This document shows positions 19,316 through 29,610 of a stretch of 64,000 nucleotides of DNA, in pieces (within the stretch, counting starts at the first letter, position 1; the number at the start of each line of letters is the position of its first letter). A program made the position numbers and the translations under genes. The stretch is taken from positions 1-64,000 of IMG/VR virus record IMGVR_UViG_3300023313_000005; one strand, given 5' to 3'. This stretch comes from a virus. The notes beneath the pieces were generated by a model. The model did not search any database and was not told the DNA's origin. It saw nothing but the letters and a program-made list of their open reading frames with translations.

Positions 19316-20321
19316 TGTTTATATTGTTACTCAATAAATGTTTATTTATTAATTCCATAGTATTACTTTTCCCCTCATTATAAATATAATCAGATATGTC
19401 TTTATAAATAGGTGTTATAAATATACTAAATTCTGGAAATCTATTATGTAATTTATGTGCCGCTATTTTACCTGTTTTATCATTATCATAATTAATAATT
19501 ATATTATCTGCTATTGTTTGTAACATGTTTATTTTATCATCAGATATTAATGTTTGTTCTCCTATAGGACATATAGCTGATAGTCCTAAACTATCATATA
19601 CCATTACATCTTTATATGATGATGTAATTATTAAAGTATTAACATGATTAGGTAATTGTTCTAATCCCATTAATGGGGAATTTTTAGCATTAGTTCTAAA
19701 TTTATCTTTCTTATTATAAGCATATGGTCTATATATTTGTATCTCTTTTGTTTTTTTAGATATTAAATATTCAAATAATGGATCTTTTTTAAATTTACCA
19801 TACCATATTATTTTTCCTATAAATGCTCTAAATATAGGTCTGACATTAAATTTAGAAAGTATTTCGGTAGTTATATTATATTTATACCAATAATCTAAAT
19901 GGAAAGGTTTAAATTTATTATAACATTCATTTATTAATTGTGTTCTTTTATCTTTTTTTACTATAAATTTTTGACTAATTTGTGTAGAGTAAGGTAAATA
20001 TTTATCATTAAATGTTTTAGGCATTAAACATAAATTAAAATCATGATCAATTATTTGTATAACTTCTTGCAAAAAAGAAGAATTTAAATCTAATTTATTA
20101 GCAATAGCACACATCATAAAACAGTCTCCTGATAAATCAATATGAGAAGTATCTCTAAATATTAGTCTATTTGATTTGTTATAATAAAAATAACATCCTG
20201 GATTTTTATCTTCCCTAAATGGATTTTTATATTGTTTTTTTAAAGCAACTTTAATACCCAAATAACGTTCCATAATTGATATTTCATCTATTAATGATAA
20301 TATTGTATATGTTGTTATCAT
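19308..20321 (-). CDS. DNA primase (DnaG/Toprim)
   Basis: NPFREDKNP N-terminal domain; IITSSYKD and YDNDKTG Toprim motifs; KDISD. Confidence 0.85.
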   Translation of the reverse strand: MITTYTILSLIDEISIMERYLGIKVALKKQYKNPFREDKNPGCYFYYNKSNRLIFRDTSHIDLSGDCFMMCAIANKLDLNSSFLQEVIQIIDHDFNLCLMPKTFNDKYLPYSTQISQKFIVKKDKRTQLINECYNKFKPFHLDYWYKYNITTEILSKFNVRPIFRAFIGKIIWYGKFKKDPLFEYLISKKTKEIQIYRPYAYNKKDKFRTNAKNSPLMGLEQLPNHVNTLIITSSYKDVMVYDSLGLSAICPIGEQTLISDDKINMLQTIADNIIINYDNDKTGKIAAHKLHNRFPEFSIFITPIYKDISDYIYNEGKSNTMELINKHLLSNNINNG

Positions 20322-20335
20322 GTTATATAGGTAAT

Positions 20336-20360
20336 AAAAGGAGGGGAAAACCCCTCCTTT
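20336..20360 (-). terminator. Intrinsic terminator-like hairpin after SSB
   Basis: AAAGGAGGGG-aaaa-CCCCTCCTTT. Confidence 0.7.
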
Positions 20361-20365
20361 AATGA

Positions 20366-21133
20366 TTAAAATAAATTATTAGTATCTAATGCATCGGAAC
20401 TCATTTCAGTATCTGTAGAGGGAGTTGGTTTATTATATTTTTGTAACTCCATGCTATTTTGAAAATCTGATTTCCAAGGATATGACTCATCGTTAGCATA
20501 TTTTTCCATGTTACCAGTGGAAGTAATATGTCCTCTATTGAAATACCCTTTATATACATCTTGGTAAAGACCATCCTTAACACCTAATAGTACAATAATT
20601 TCTTTACCGTATTTTTGAAGAATATCATTTAATTCTGATACATCTCCATTAAATATAGCATCCAAATTAGATAATACTAAATTAGTATCTGGATCATTAG
20701 TATTAGCGTTAATCGATGCTATAATTAAACGATATAATGATTCTTCACCTACTTTACATTTACGTACAGATGTAGTATCATACCAATCATATTGAATATT
20801 ATTAACATCATTAACATACAAAGTTTTTCCTTTGTTATTAATTATTTGAAAATTACCCGATTGAGATACTTTATCTCTATTTTCTAAAAATAAAGAAATC
20901 TTATTAATGAAATTATGATCTTTATTTTCAATAAAGAAATCTAATCTGATTTTTTTAAATTTATTTCCCTCATTATCAACTCCTTCTGAAACATATACTG
21001 GGGATTTTGCACTATCGCCATATATTTCTTGTAATTGAGAGTGAGTAGGATTAACATGAGTTATTTTAACGGGCATCATACCTGTCCATAATTGTTTATC
21101 AACACTTGTCGATTCTGTGAATTTAAATTCCAT
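20366..21133 (-). CDS. Putative single-stranded DNA-binding protein (crAss type)
   Basis: VNPT, RLDF motifs; acidic C-terminal tail ending LF; lies between the AAA ATPase and primase as in crAss-like phages. Confidence 0.65.
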   Translation of the reverse strand: MEFKFTESTSVDKQLWTGMMPVKITHVNPTHSQLQEIYGDSAKSPVYVSEGVDNEGNKFKKIRLDFFIENKDHNFINKISLFLENRDKVSQSGNFQIINNKGKTLYVNDVNNIQYDWYDTTSVRKCKVGEESLYRLIIASINANTNDPDTNLVLSNLDAIFNGDVSELNDILQKYGKEIIVLLGVKDGLYQDVYKGYFNRGHITSTGNMEKYANDESYPWKSDFQNSMELQKYNKPTPSTDTEMSSDALDTNNLF

Positions 21134-21138
21134 ATTTA

Positions 21139-21792
21139 TTAATTATTATAATTACTAATTGCTTTATTTACTATACTCAAATCATTAGGGATATACTCCT
21201 CTTTAAACATCCCTCTAGGTGATTTAGCAGGATATTTTTCAGTATGATTTGTTACAAAAGAATAACTAGTAGGTGATGTGGATGTGTCTACATCTGTGTA
21301 TAAAATTATTTCAAATAATCCTTCCAGTGTTATATAGGCATCAATCATTCTTCCTACAGTTTTCATTTTATATACGCCATCTTCTCCTACTTCGGGATGC
21401 CATAACATAAATACATTCAAATCATCTCTTAAATTACGTGCTGTTTGAAATATACTATTAATATGCACACCTATTTCATTAAATTTATCGTACCCTTTTT
21501 CACTAGCACGGTTCATAAATTCAAAACCCATTAGATATTGTCCATCATCTATCACAATGTTTTTAATATCTTTTCGGTCTTGATTTATTCCTTCTAAAAT
21601 TTGATTAATTACTTTCCAGTTATGTGTTTCTACATAATTTTTTAATTTTTCGTTATACAATTTTTTAAATCCTTTAATGGGGAGAGATTTACCTGCTACA
21701 CTTATTATATAAGTTTCTTTGTTATTTAATCCCTCAACGGATGTAGATTTACCTGTTCCACTTTTACCAACTATTGCAATTACTTCACTCAT
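21139..21792 (-). CDS. AAA-family ATPase (Sak4/AAA_24-like)
   Basis: Walker A GKSGTGKST, Walker B IVIDD, KTVGRMID, AKSP, IPNDL. Confidence 0.85.
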   Translation of the reverse strand: MSEVIAIVGKSGTGKSTSVEGLNNKETYIISVAGKSLPIKGFKKLYNEKLKNYVETHNWKVINQILEGINQDRKDIKNIVIDDGQYLMGFEFMNRASEKGYDKFNEIGVHINSIFQTARNLRDDLNVFMLWHPEVGEDGVYKMKTVGRMIDAYITLEGLFEIILYTDVDTSTSPTSYSFVTNHTEKYPAKSPRGMFKEEYIPNDLSIVNKAISNYNN

Positions 21793-22646
21793 ATTTTTAT
21801 ATATTTTATAATTTTATTTAATTCATGTAAATTGTGTATTCGTTTAGCTCCTACATCATAATGTCTATTATATGGGGCATCCATTAAATAACATAATATC
21901 CCATTTTTATTGAGATCGGCAAAGGTACGAAAATTATCGTCAACAAACAAATTTAAATTTTCTTTTTTTGCAGATTCTAATTTGGAACCTGAAGTACATA
22001 TTAATTTTACATTAGGATAATTATTTTTTATTAACCATTCTTTACGTATATTATAAAACTTTTTAGGCATTCCTGTTATATAACATGTTGGTTCAAAAGG
22101 AATGTCTTCAGGTTTTATTTTAATAGGTAAATTTTTCCAAAATGATGCTCTATTTGCTAATTTATTATACATTTCTTCCCATTTACCATTAGTCCAATGA
22201 TATATTTCTGTCGGATTTATATTAAGTAAAGATGCAATATAACCATTCATATCACATAATATATCATCAATATCTAATCCTATTCTAATTGTAGAATACA
22301 TATGATACTTACGATCATCTAAATGAGGATGGGTATAATAATACTCATTTAATGCCATAGCGTTCCATATGACATGCGTAATATGTAATAAATTGGTTTC
22401 CTTATCATAATCTTCACATAATTCATATGCGGCAAGATGTCTCTTTAAACTAGCTATACAAGTGCTCCAATCCATTCCCTTTTTCCAATTATCTTCTTCG
22501 TATTTTTCAGCACCTTTTTTATACAATTCTGCTAAATCAGCTAAAGGTAATGTAGGAATTAAATCATAACGAGGTTTGTCTTTATTATATCTCAATGCTT
22601 TATTTGAGAAATTCTTTAACGTATGTCCCATTTTGTACTTTTTCAT
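21789..22646 (-). CDS. dATP/dGTP diphosphohydrolase (DUF5664-like) fused to a HAD 5'-nucleotidase domain
   Basis: K.RYDLIP, GAEKY..DNW.KG, SLKRHL, D.ET.L.H..H..WNA; then LDIDDIL and FVDD. Confidence 0.8.
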   Translation of the reverse strand: MKKYKMGHTLKNFSNKALRYNKDKPRYDLIPTLPLADLAELYKKGAEKYEEDNWKKGMDWSTCIASLKRHLAAYELCEDYDKETNLLHITHVIWNAMALNEYYYTHPHLDDRKYHMYSTIRIGLDIDDILCDMNGYIASLLNINPTEIYHWTNGKWEEMYNKLANRASFWKNLPIKIKPEDIPFEPTCYITGMPKKFYNIRKEWLIKNNYPNVKLICTSGSKLESAKKENLNLFVDDNFRTFADLNKNGILCYLMDAPYNRHYDVGAKRIHNLHELNKIIKYIKI

Positions 22647-23667
22647 AATTTATATTTTCACTTTTAGGTAATTCCACCATTAAGCCATTTTCACCAATAA
22701 ATTGATATCCTATTCTATAATCATCTATTCCATATGAATTTTTAATTACCTTTAATGCTCTAAATCTATTATAATTTTTATTATTAACAAAATCTTTAAT
22801 ATTATATCCCATATAATCAAATACTTTTAATTTATATGGATTCATTAATCCAATTACAACATCTGCATTTTCATAAATATCTGCAGAACCTTTAAAATCT
22901 TTAGGTTGTACATCTATTTCTGTTTTAACTGCGCGGTATGTATCTTCAATACCTCTATTTAATTGAGATATATCTATAACAGTCATCCCGTAGTAATCAC
23001 GTAACACACTCATATATTCAGAATGTTTATCTAATATTGCTTTATCAGTGTTACATCCTTCTTCAGTACGTACTTTACCTATATGATCTGTAATATGTAT
23101 AATTATTTCATTAGGATTATCAGGAATATATCTAGTATTGTATTTATCAATAGGTTCTTTCTTTCCTCTGGATAATGCAAAGTTTTTAGCAAAACTATAT
23201 ACTTTTGTTGGGTGAGCGGCCCCATCTATTATAGTAATATGTTTTTCTAATTCTTTAAAAAAATCAGAGTATGAATCTATTATTGCAATATGTTCTTTAG
23301 ATAATTCAAATAATTTATTAGGCCATCCCATTAATGTGGGAACATCTAACAATATTCCATGATCTATATACATTAAATATGCTGTCCATTTTGCAATTTT
23401 TAATTCTTTAGATCGTTCCATAGAACGGTAAATCCAATGAATATTAATATTTGTTTTATTTTTTAACCACCACCTATAAGGTTCTAATACAAACATTGTA
23501 TCAACAATAGCTGTTTTACCACTACCGGGTAATCCTCCAAATAAATAATACATTCCTTTACCGAATACAATAGAAGAACCTAATTTCCCTTGTTTCAAAG
23601 GAATCCATGTGTGTAAACCATCTATTCCTTTTTGTACTTGTTGTCTAAATAAATTAAATGTTGTCAA
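22600..23667 (-). CDS. dnaB: Replicative DNA helicase (DnaB/SF4)
   Basis: GGLPGSGKT, SMER, TDHIG, ISQLNR, DFKGS..IYENADVV, KNSYG. Confidence 0.85.
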   Translation of the reverse strand: MTTFNLFRQQVQKGIDGLHTWIPLKQGKLGSSIVFGKGMYYLFGGLPGSGKTAIVDTMFVLEPYRWWLKNKTNINIHWIYRSMERSKELKIAKWTAYLMYIDHGILLDVPTLMGWPNKLFELSKEHIAIIDSYSDFFKELEKHITIIDGAAHPTKVYSFAKNFALSRGKKEPIDKYNTRYIPDNPNEIIIHITDHIGKVRTEEGCNTDKAILDKHSEYMSVLRDYYGMTVIDISQLNRGIEDTYRAVKTEIDVQPKDFKGSADIYENADVVIGLMNPYKLKVFDYMGYNIKDFVNNKNYNRFRALKVIKNSYGIDDYRIGYQFIGENGLMVELPKSENINYEKVQNGTYVKEFLK

Positions 23668-24191
23668 AAGTCTATAGTATTTGTTGATGTTACATTATTT
23701 TCACCATTAAGTATTGCTTCACATTCTTGTTCTAATGTACTAGTTTCTGAATCAAATATAAATTTTGAATTCTTTTTAGTATATTGCCAATTATAATGTT
23801 CTTGTCGAGTTAAATAATTAGTAGTGGCTTGTATAATAATATCTTTATCATATTGCGGAAATATTTTTTGAAATCTTACCATTCGTTTCTTACATTCTAA
23901 TGAGTTACCTGATACTCTATATCCATTAGGTAATAACATAGTAGGCCATAATGATAACCACTCTTTTATCCATGAATTAATTGATTCACTAGTGATATCT
24001 TTAAATAATCCGGGAGGAACATTTAATCCTCCCGAACTATTAATAAAACCTTTTGTAATTAACGAATCGTAAATATTAGACAAATTTAATTCTTTAATTT
24101 CTAAATTAATAAATTTTAAGTATAATGCTATATATTCATTAGCATTAATCTTATATTTTATTAACTTTTCTATGTCTATTACTACATTCAT
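23664..24191 (-). CDS. Hypothetical replication-associated protein
   Basis: 175 aa, coupled to dnaB by a 4-nt overlap. Confidence 0.6.
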   Translation of the reverse strand: MNVVIDIEKLIKYKINANEYIALYLKFINLEIKELNLSNIYDSLITKGFINSSGGLNVPPGLFKDITSESINSWIKEWLSLWPTMLLPNGYRVSGNSLECKKRMVRFQKIFPQYDKDIIIQATTNYLTRQEHYNWQYTKKNSKFIFDSETSTLEQECEAILNGENNVTSTNTIDF

Positions 24192-24389
24192 TACATTTTA
24201 TTATTTTATATTTATTAATTGTTATAAATTTTGTACCATGACAATATTTACAAACTTTATTATAACCATAATGTTCTAATATTTCGTCTATTGTATTCAT
24301 GTATTGTCATATATTTGTTTATATAATAACCCGTTGTTATGAAATCATATTCATTTTTTAAAAAATTAAATATTTGTTTATAACTTTTT

Positions 24390-25112
24390 TTAAACTCCGT
24401 AGTATTCATCATAGATATTATATTTTCCATAATTATCCTGTCTTTGATAAAAGTTTTCGGCATAAATTCTCCCATAATTGAATGAATATTTTCCATGAGT
24501 AGGGCATTCATCTCCTAAATAATTAGTATTAGAATACCATAATTGATGTTCTTTTTCATATACCCATTTACCTAATAATAAAATAGGTTTTTCGGGAAAC
24601 ATAATTGCTAATTTATTAGTATCTAATTTAATTAATCTTTCGGCATATACAGGATCTATTTTATAACATTCATATAACAAATTAAGAAGATTAGGTTTTA
24701 CCAATTCATTTTTAATTTTAAGTATAGTATCGGTATCGTTAGATTTATTCATGAGACTATATTCCCTAAATGTACCATTATGTGCAATTACTGGATATTT
24801 ACTATAACCTTCTTCTTGAGTTATATTATCTATATCACATACATAAGGATGACAATTTATTACGGATTTATCACCTACGGATACTTTACGTAAATGTACT
24901 ATTAATTCATCATTTTTTTGAACATTGAAATTTTTAATAGCTTTTAAAAAATTAGATATTTTAAAATATCCTTTAGATAAGTATATTTTATTATCTCTTT
25001 TTATGGAAAAACCTAATCCATCTTTATTTCGTAAATTAAAAGCTTCTATTGTACTTTTATTTAAAAATGATGTTACATCATCACCTTCTTTTTTAACTAT
25101 TATTAAACACAT
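24390..25112 (-). CDS. Class II (Ntn) glutamine amidotransferase
   Basis: Cys2 (MCLII), N.DG.G, HLR..S.G, NCHP, AHNG, DTD. Confidence 0.85.
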   Translation of the reverse strand: MCLIIVKKEGDDVTSFLNKSTIEAFNLRNKDGLGFSIKRDNKIYLSKGYFKISNFLKAIKNFNVQKNDELIVHLRKVSVGDKSVINCHPYVCDIDNITQEEGYSKYPVIAHNGTFREYSLMNKSNDTDTILKIKNELVKPNLLNLLYECYKIDPVYAERLIKLDTNKLAIMFPEKPILLLGKWVYEKEHQLWYSNTNYLGDECPTHGKYSFNYGRIYAENFYQRQDNYGKYNIYDEYYGV

Positions 25113-26446
25113 GATATAACACTTTTTAAATTATTAGTTTTATATACGTCATCGTTATTATCTAAATATTCTAGACGTTCATTATTTGCTTTTTTAAATT
25201 TTTCCTTACGTTCTTCAAAATATGAAATTAAATAATTAGATAATTTTTTATCATACACATTATTCAATATTGTTTTAATATGTATTTTAGATTTATTTAT
25301 GATATCTAATTGATTATTTTCAACATAATGAACAAACGCCATACAGAATAATATCCAATTTTTAATTTTATTAAAATTTAATGACGCTCCGTGAGGTCTA
25401 AATTCTATAGTATATGAATTATTATTTCTGATATTAAAATTAGCAGGTATTAAATTAATCCAATTATATCTTGGTAATCGATGCAGTGCGATATCATGTT
25501 GATATCTATCTGTATATCTTCCACCAGGATGATTATATGATTTATTATATTTATTACCTAATTGTCTAGATGGTAATATATGTTGATTTAACATAATATT
25601 ATATAAATATTCGTAAGCTAAATCTATACCATAATAATATCCATATTTTTTAATATAAGGTAATAAAACATAATTAATTTTATTAGCGTATGAATTATTT
25701 TTTCTACTAAGAGGAAGTGTTTCAAATACTTCCTCTTGTAAATGCATCGCTAATAGATTAGATAATACGGTAAATGCTTTATTATTAATAAATCCTCCAA
25801 TGTGAACATGTACGGCACATTTATGATCTATTTCGCATCTTTTATTTATAATATTTAGACTTTGTTTAAGATTATTCATTCCTAAATCACCTGATAAAAT
25901 ACCAGTTACATATTCTCCTCCTAATAAATCACCATCATCATTTACTAATGAACCATCTCTAACACAACTTAAATTTAAATTATGATCTGTATATAAAGCA
26001 GGGTGTAATCTACCACTACATGTTTCAATTTCTACCCCAAAAGTATATTTTAAATGTCCTGTAGAAATGTATGATGGTGATTTTGTGTTATTTGATGAAT
26101 TATGATATTCTGTATACCAACCTATATTTTTATTTTTAAATATAGATTTTTGTATATCATCAACTAAATCTTCACCATTATACGCCTCATATAACCCATA
26201 TTTACGAGCTGTATTTAAAGAATCATAAAATGTAATACGATTATAAGTATTATGTACTATCTTTTTTTCATATATGCCTATTGGGACATAATCTGTACTT
26301 ATAACATATGATGTCTTATCTTTAGTTTTTATTTTAACTAAATGTCTAGTATTAATTACACAAAAACCTGTATCTATATGAATTTTAGGACAGTATATTT
26401 CATATTTATTAGTATTTATAACAAATACACTTTTTTGTTTATCCAT
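25103..26446 (-). CDS. Amidoligase (COOH-NH2 ligase, glutamate-cysteine ligase-like fold)
   Basis: TFGVEIE, DGSL, E.V..IL, C.VHVH, RY.WIN, TIEFR motifs. Confidence 0.85.
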   Translation of the reverse strand: MDKQKSVFVINTNKYEIYCPKIHIDTGFCVINTRHLVKIKTKDKTSYVISTDYVPIGIYEKKIVHNTYNRITFYDSLNTARKYGLYEAYNGEDLVDDIQKSIFKNKNIGWYTEYHNSSNNTKSPSYISTGHLKYTFGVEIETCSGRLHPALYTDHNLNLSCVRDGSLVNDDGDLLGGEYVTGILSGDLGMNNLKQSLNIINKRCEIDHKCAVHVHIGGFINNKAFTVLSNLLAMHLQEEVFETLPLSRKNNSYANKINYVLLPYIKKYGYYYGIDLAYEYLYNIMLNQHILPSRQLGNKYNKSYNHPGGRYTDRYQHDIALHRLPRYNWINLIPANFNIRNNNSYTIEFRPHGASLNFNKIKNWILFCMAFVHYVENNQLDIINKSKIHIKTILNNVYDKKLSNYLISYFEERKEKFKKANNERLEYLDNNDDVYKTNNLKSVISCV

Positions 26447-27641
26447 AATAATCTACTATATTTTGTAATTCATTAACCTTTTTAATAACCTTTGATAATT
26501 TGAATTTTATTTTTTTAGGAACTACTTTTTGAATATTATGTAATTCCTTTTTAATATCAGTAGTTATTTTTTCACATACTTCATATGGATCATCATCATC
26601 TACATTATTTGTTTCGTTATGAAAAAGTTCCATTAATTTTTCAATATTGTCTATTAAAAATATATCATTAGTATTATCATTATAAGTTCTTAATAATTGA
26701 TATACACTATGTGTTTCATTATAAATGATTCTATCTTCTTTCCAAACTCTAGTACTAAATGTTGAAAAATTAAATACAGAACATGCTCCATATTTAGATG
26801 TCATAGTAATCCTACCTTTATAATTATAAACATTGGTAATATTATCAATTTTAGAATATCTAGTAAGACCAACATTATTATTTACCCATAATAAGAATTG
26901 ATTATTTTTTGTTATTTTTACCTTTTTCTTAATTAATGGATTTCTTTTAATTTTAACATTAGACTTATTTAAAATAACACCATCTTTTATTTGATAATGA
27001 ATAAAACTTTTAAATTCTTCAATTTTAGTACATCCTATTATTTTTAAAGGTTCTTTTTCTGAAGAAATATATATACTAGGTTCGTTATTTTGTGTAATTA
27101 TTCCATAATGAAGAGGTCTTTCTTCATCTTTATATATATTTAAGATATTAGTATCTTTAACATGCCACATTAACGCACATGCTCCTTCATAATCTGAAAG
27201 TATTTTAAGATTACCTATCGTATTAATATAATAAGGGAATATTTTAGAATCCACATCAATTGTGTAATTATTAAATGCATTATTTGGATACATATTATTA
27301 TATGTTTTTAATAACATATCTAAATTTCTAAGTGTTCCATTATGAGCACCTACTACATCTCCATACATAAAAGGATGTGTATTTTCAATACATACTGTTC
27401 CTACAGTAGCATGTCTAGTATGTCCTATAAATAAATTACTTTCTTTAAAATCATGATTTGTTAATACTTGATTAATAACTCCTCCTGTTTTTTTAAAAAC
27501 TCTATCTTCCCATTTGATTTTTTTATTATTATTAAAATAACCTGATGAGTGATAACCTCTATCTTGATTAAGAATAAATAATATTTTAATCAAATCTTTA
27601 TTATAATTGTTCTTTCCGGAATAACCTAATAATCCACACAT
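26439..27641 (-). CDS. Class II glutamine amidotransferase with C-terminal extension
   Basis: MCGLLG, RG..SSG, GHTRHAT.G, NTHPF, AHNGT, VDS, ERPL, SSE. Confidence 0.9.
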   Translation of the reverse strand: MCGLLGYSGKNNYNKDLIKILFILNQDRGYHSSGYFNNNKKIKWEDRVFKKTGGVINQVLTNHDFKESNLFIGHTRHATVGTVCIENTHPFMYGDVVGAHNGTLRNLDMLLKTYNNMYPNNAFNNYTIDVDSKIFPYYINTIGNLKILSDYEGACALMWHVKDTNILNIYKDEERPLHYGIITQNNEPSIYISSEKEPLKIIGCTKIEEFKSFIHYQIKDGVILNKSNVKIKRNPLIKKKVKITKNNQFLLWVNNNVGLTRYSKIDNITNVYNYKGRITMTSKYGACSVFNFSTFSTRVWKEDRIIYNETHSVYQLLRTYNDNTNDIFLIDNIEKLMELFHNETNNVDDDDPYEVCEKITTDIKKELHNIQKVVPKKIKFKLSKVIKKVNELQNIVDYYG

Positions 27642-27669
27642 ATATTATATTAATTTATAATTATAAAAA

Positions 27670-28125
27670 TTAAATACTGTCAACATCTGTTATTAAGATA
27701 TCATCATTATTTTTTGATACACTACCGCTTTTTGTTACGGATTTTATTTTTTCTCTAAATTTTCGATAATCATTATCTGCAATGATAGATCCTAATGGTT
27801 CATTAAAATAAATATATGCTTTATGTGTTTGATTATTATCATCAATCACACTAATTAATTTTCGTTTATACCATGACCCAGAATAATCATTTTCATTAAA
27901 TCCTTCTAGATAATCTAATTCCATTAATGTATCTTCATTAACTTCATATAATTCACCTTTTACAGGAAATTTACTCTTTACTCCTTCTGCTACATATGGA
28001 ATTCCCTCTTGATACATTTGATAATTAAATGCAGTTACTGCTTTACCTAAAAATTTAGAAGATCTTAGTAGATAGTTATTACCAAATCCTTGCATTAATG
28101 TTCCGTATACAAATACTTTTATCAT
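27670..28125 (-). CDS. Gamma-glutamylcyclotransferase (GGCT/AIG2-like)
   Basis: VFVYGTLM.G..N, V.GELYEV, LD.LEG, Y.R, AYIY. Confidence 0.9.
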   Translation of the reverse strand: MIKVFVYGTLMQGFGNNYLLRSSKFLGKAVTAFNYQMYQEGIPYVAEGVKSKFPVKGELYEVNEDTLMELDYLEGFNENDYSGSWYKRKLISVIDDNNQTHKAYIYFNEPLGSIIADNDYRKFREKIKSVTKSGSVSKNNDDILITDVDSI

Positions 28126-28127
28126 TT

Positions 28128-28880
28128 TTATTTAATTAAATTGTTAATAATTTTTGTTATTTCTGTTTTATATTTATTAAATACAATATTTCCATTTAAA
28201 GAAGGTGCTGAATTTATTTCTATAATCTTATATATTGGATTATTTCTAATTTCACCATTTTTATATTGGCTTTGTACTCGAACATCACAAGCACCTATAT
28301 CTAAATTAACTGCATTTAATGCTTTTACACAATCATTTACTATTTGTTCCCAATTAATTGGTTTTTCAAACATTTTATTATTTTCTAATATCCAATTAGA
28401 ATTATTAGAATTTCTATAGAATCGTGTAGTAGCTGTTGATTTTAATAATTTTCTACATGCATGAAAACATCCATTTTTAGAAACATGTATTCTATATTCT
28501 CTTACTCCTGAAAAATATTCTTCAAAAATATAATTTGAAAATTTTAATTTATTATAATTTTGCTCATCTCGTAATAAAAATATATCTTTAGCACGAGATC
28601 CATAAATAGGTTTAGCTATAATAGGGTATTTTAAATTATCAATTTTATATAATGAATATTTGCAAGTAGGAATATCATACTCATTAAAACATTGTTTCAT
28701 AATTCTTTTATTAGCACTATTTTTACATGCATTTGATGAATTAATTTCTAAATATTTATGTTTTAATGGAGTATTATGAGTAGAACCTAATCTAAGTAAT
28801 ACTCTTTTTGGAAAAAATGGTAATTCTTTTCTTAATCTATTATGAGAAGGATGTCGTGATCTAATTATAGGTTTAAACAT
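28128..28880 (-). CDS. ATP-grasp ligase (RimK-like)
   Basis: NK..MK, PIIAKP..GSRA, EEY, EYRIHV, GACDV, EINSAPS. Confidence 0.85.
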   Translation of the reverse strand: MFKPIIRSRHPSHNRLRKELPFFPKRVLLRLGSTHNTPLKHKYLEINSSNACKNSANKRIMKQCFNEYDIPTCKYSLYKIDNLKYPIIAKPIYGSRAKDIFLLRDEQNYNKLKFSNYIFEEYFSGVREYRIHVSKNGCFHACRKLLKSTATTRFYRNSNNSNWILENNKMFEKPINWEQIVNDCVKALNAVNLDIGACDVRVQSQYKNGEIRNNPIYKIIEINSAPSLNGNIVFNKYKTEITKIINNLIK

Positions 28881-28881
28881 T

Positions 28882-29610
28882 TTATACTTTTTTTAGACAT
28901 TTTATATTAATTGTTTTTTCTTTATTATGTTGATCAGTTACGATACAATAATTATTTTTAATACGCTTTACAATAAATAATTCATTTAATTTAGTATTAA
29001 TAGAATATTTATCATATTTTATATATTTTACAATATTACCTTTTTCTATCTTATTTTTTAATACTGATAATCCGTAATTAAAAATAGTATGTTCTAATTT
29101 ATATATTTTATTAATCGAAAATACACGACGAGTAAAAGGTTGTATAAAACAAGCTAAATTAAGAGAATGTGGCCATAATAACTTTTGATGGTTTTTTGCT
29201 ATATAAGTAACAGTTGGGGAAGCTATATCATTAACTGCATATAATTTCCTTGTATGAGATAATGAATTTACTTCGGTATTATCATTATATATAAAAAATT
29301 TACCAAATACATTTATATAAAGAACTTTATCATAATCAATATGAAAAGAAATTTCATTTGATTCTGTAGGATAATTATTATCTGCTAATAAAAAATGTTT
29401 TTTAGAATATAAATTACCGTCTATAGAAACATAATTCTTAGTAGTTTTATGAACATAATAATATGTATTATATATTAATTTATTTCCTGAATAACTTGCA
29501 CTATTGCTTAAAACTACCCCATTAGATAATATTATATCATTATCTATTTCAGATAAAGGTTTATAATTTTGAAATAACTGATCTCTGATTTGATTCTCTA
29601 ACTCTTCCAT
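28882..29610 (-). CDS. Hypothetical protein in the amidoligase cluster
   Basis: 242-aa ORF within the operon. Confidence 0.6.
   Translation of the reverse strand: MEELENQIRDQLFQNYKPLSEIDNDIILSNGVVLSNSASYSGNKLIYNTYYYVHKTTKNYVSIDGNLYSKKHFLLADNNYPTESNEISFHIDYDKVLYINVFGKFFIYNDNTEVNSLSHTRKLYAVNDIASPTVTYIAKNHQKLLWPHSLNLACFIQPFTRRVFSINKIYKLEHTIFNYGLSVLKNKIEKGNIVKYIKYDKYSINTKLNELFIVKRIKNNYCIVTDQHNKEKTINIKCLKKV

Noticed and set aside
21789-22646. 2-aminoadenine (Z) genome pathway
   Set aside because: No PurZ/adenylosuccinate-synthetase-like gene in the window; the hydrolase alone is insufficient evidence.
24260-24511. 83-aa minus-strand ORF overlapping the GATase 3' end
   Set aside because: Overlaps the upstream gene by 122 nt and has no recognisable motif; at most a shorter ORF from an internal Met, so not supported.
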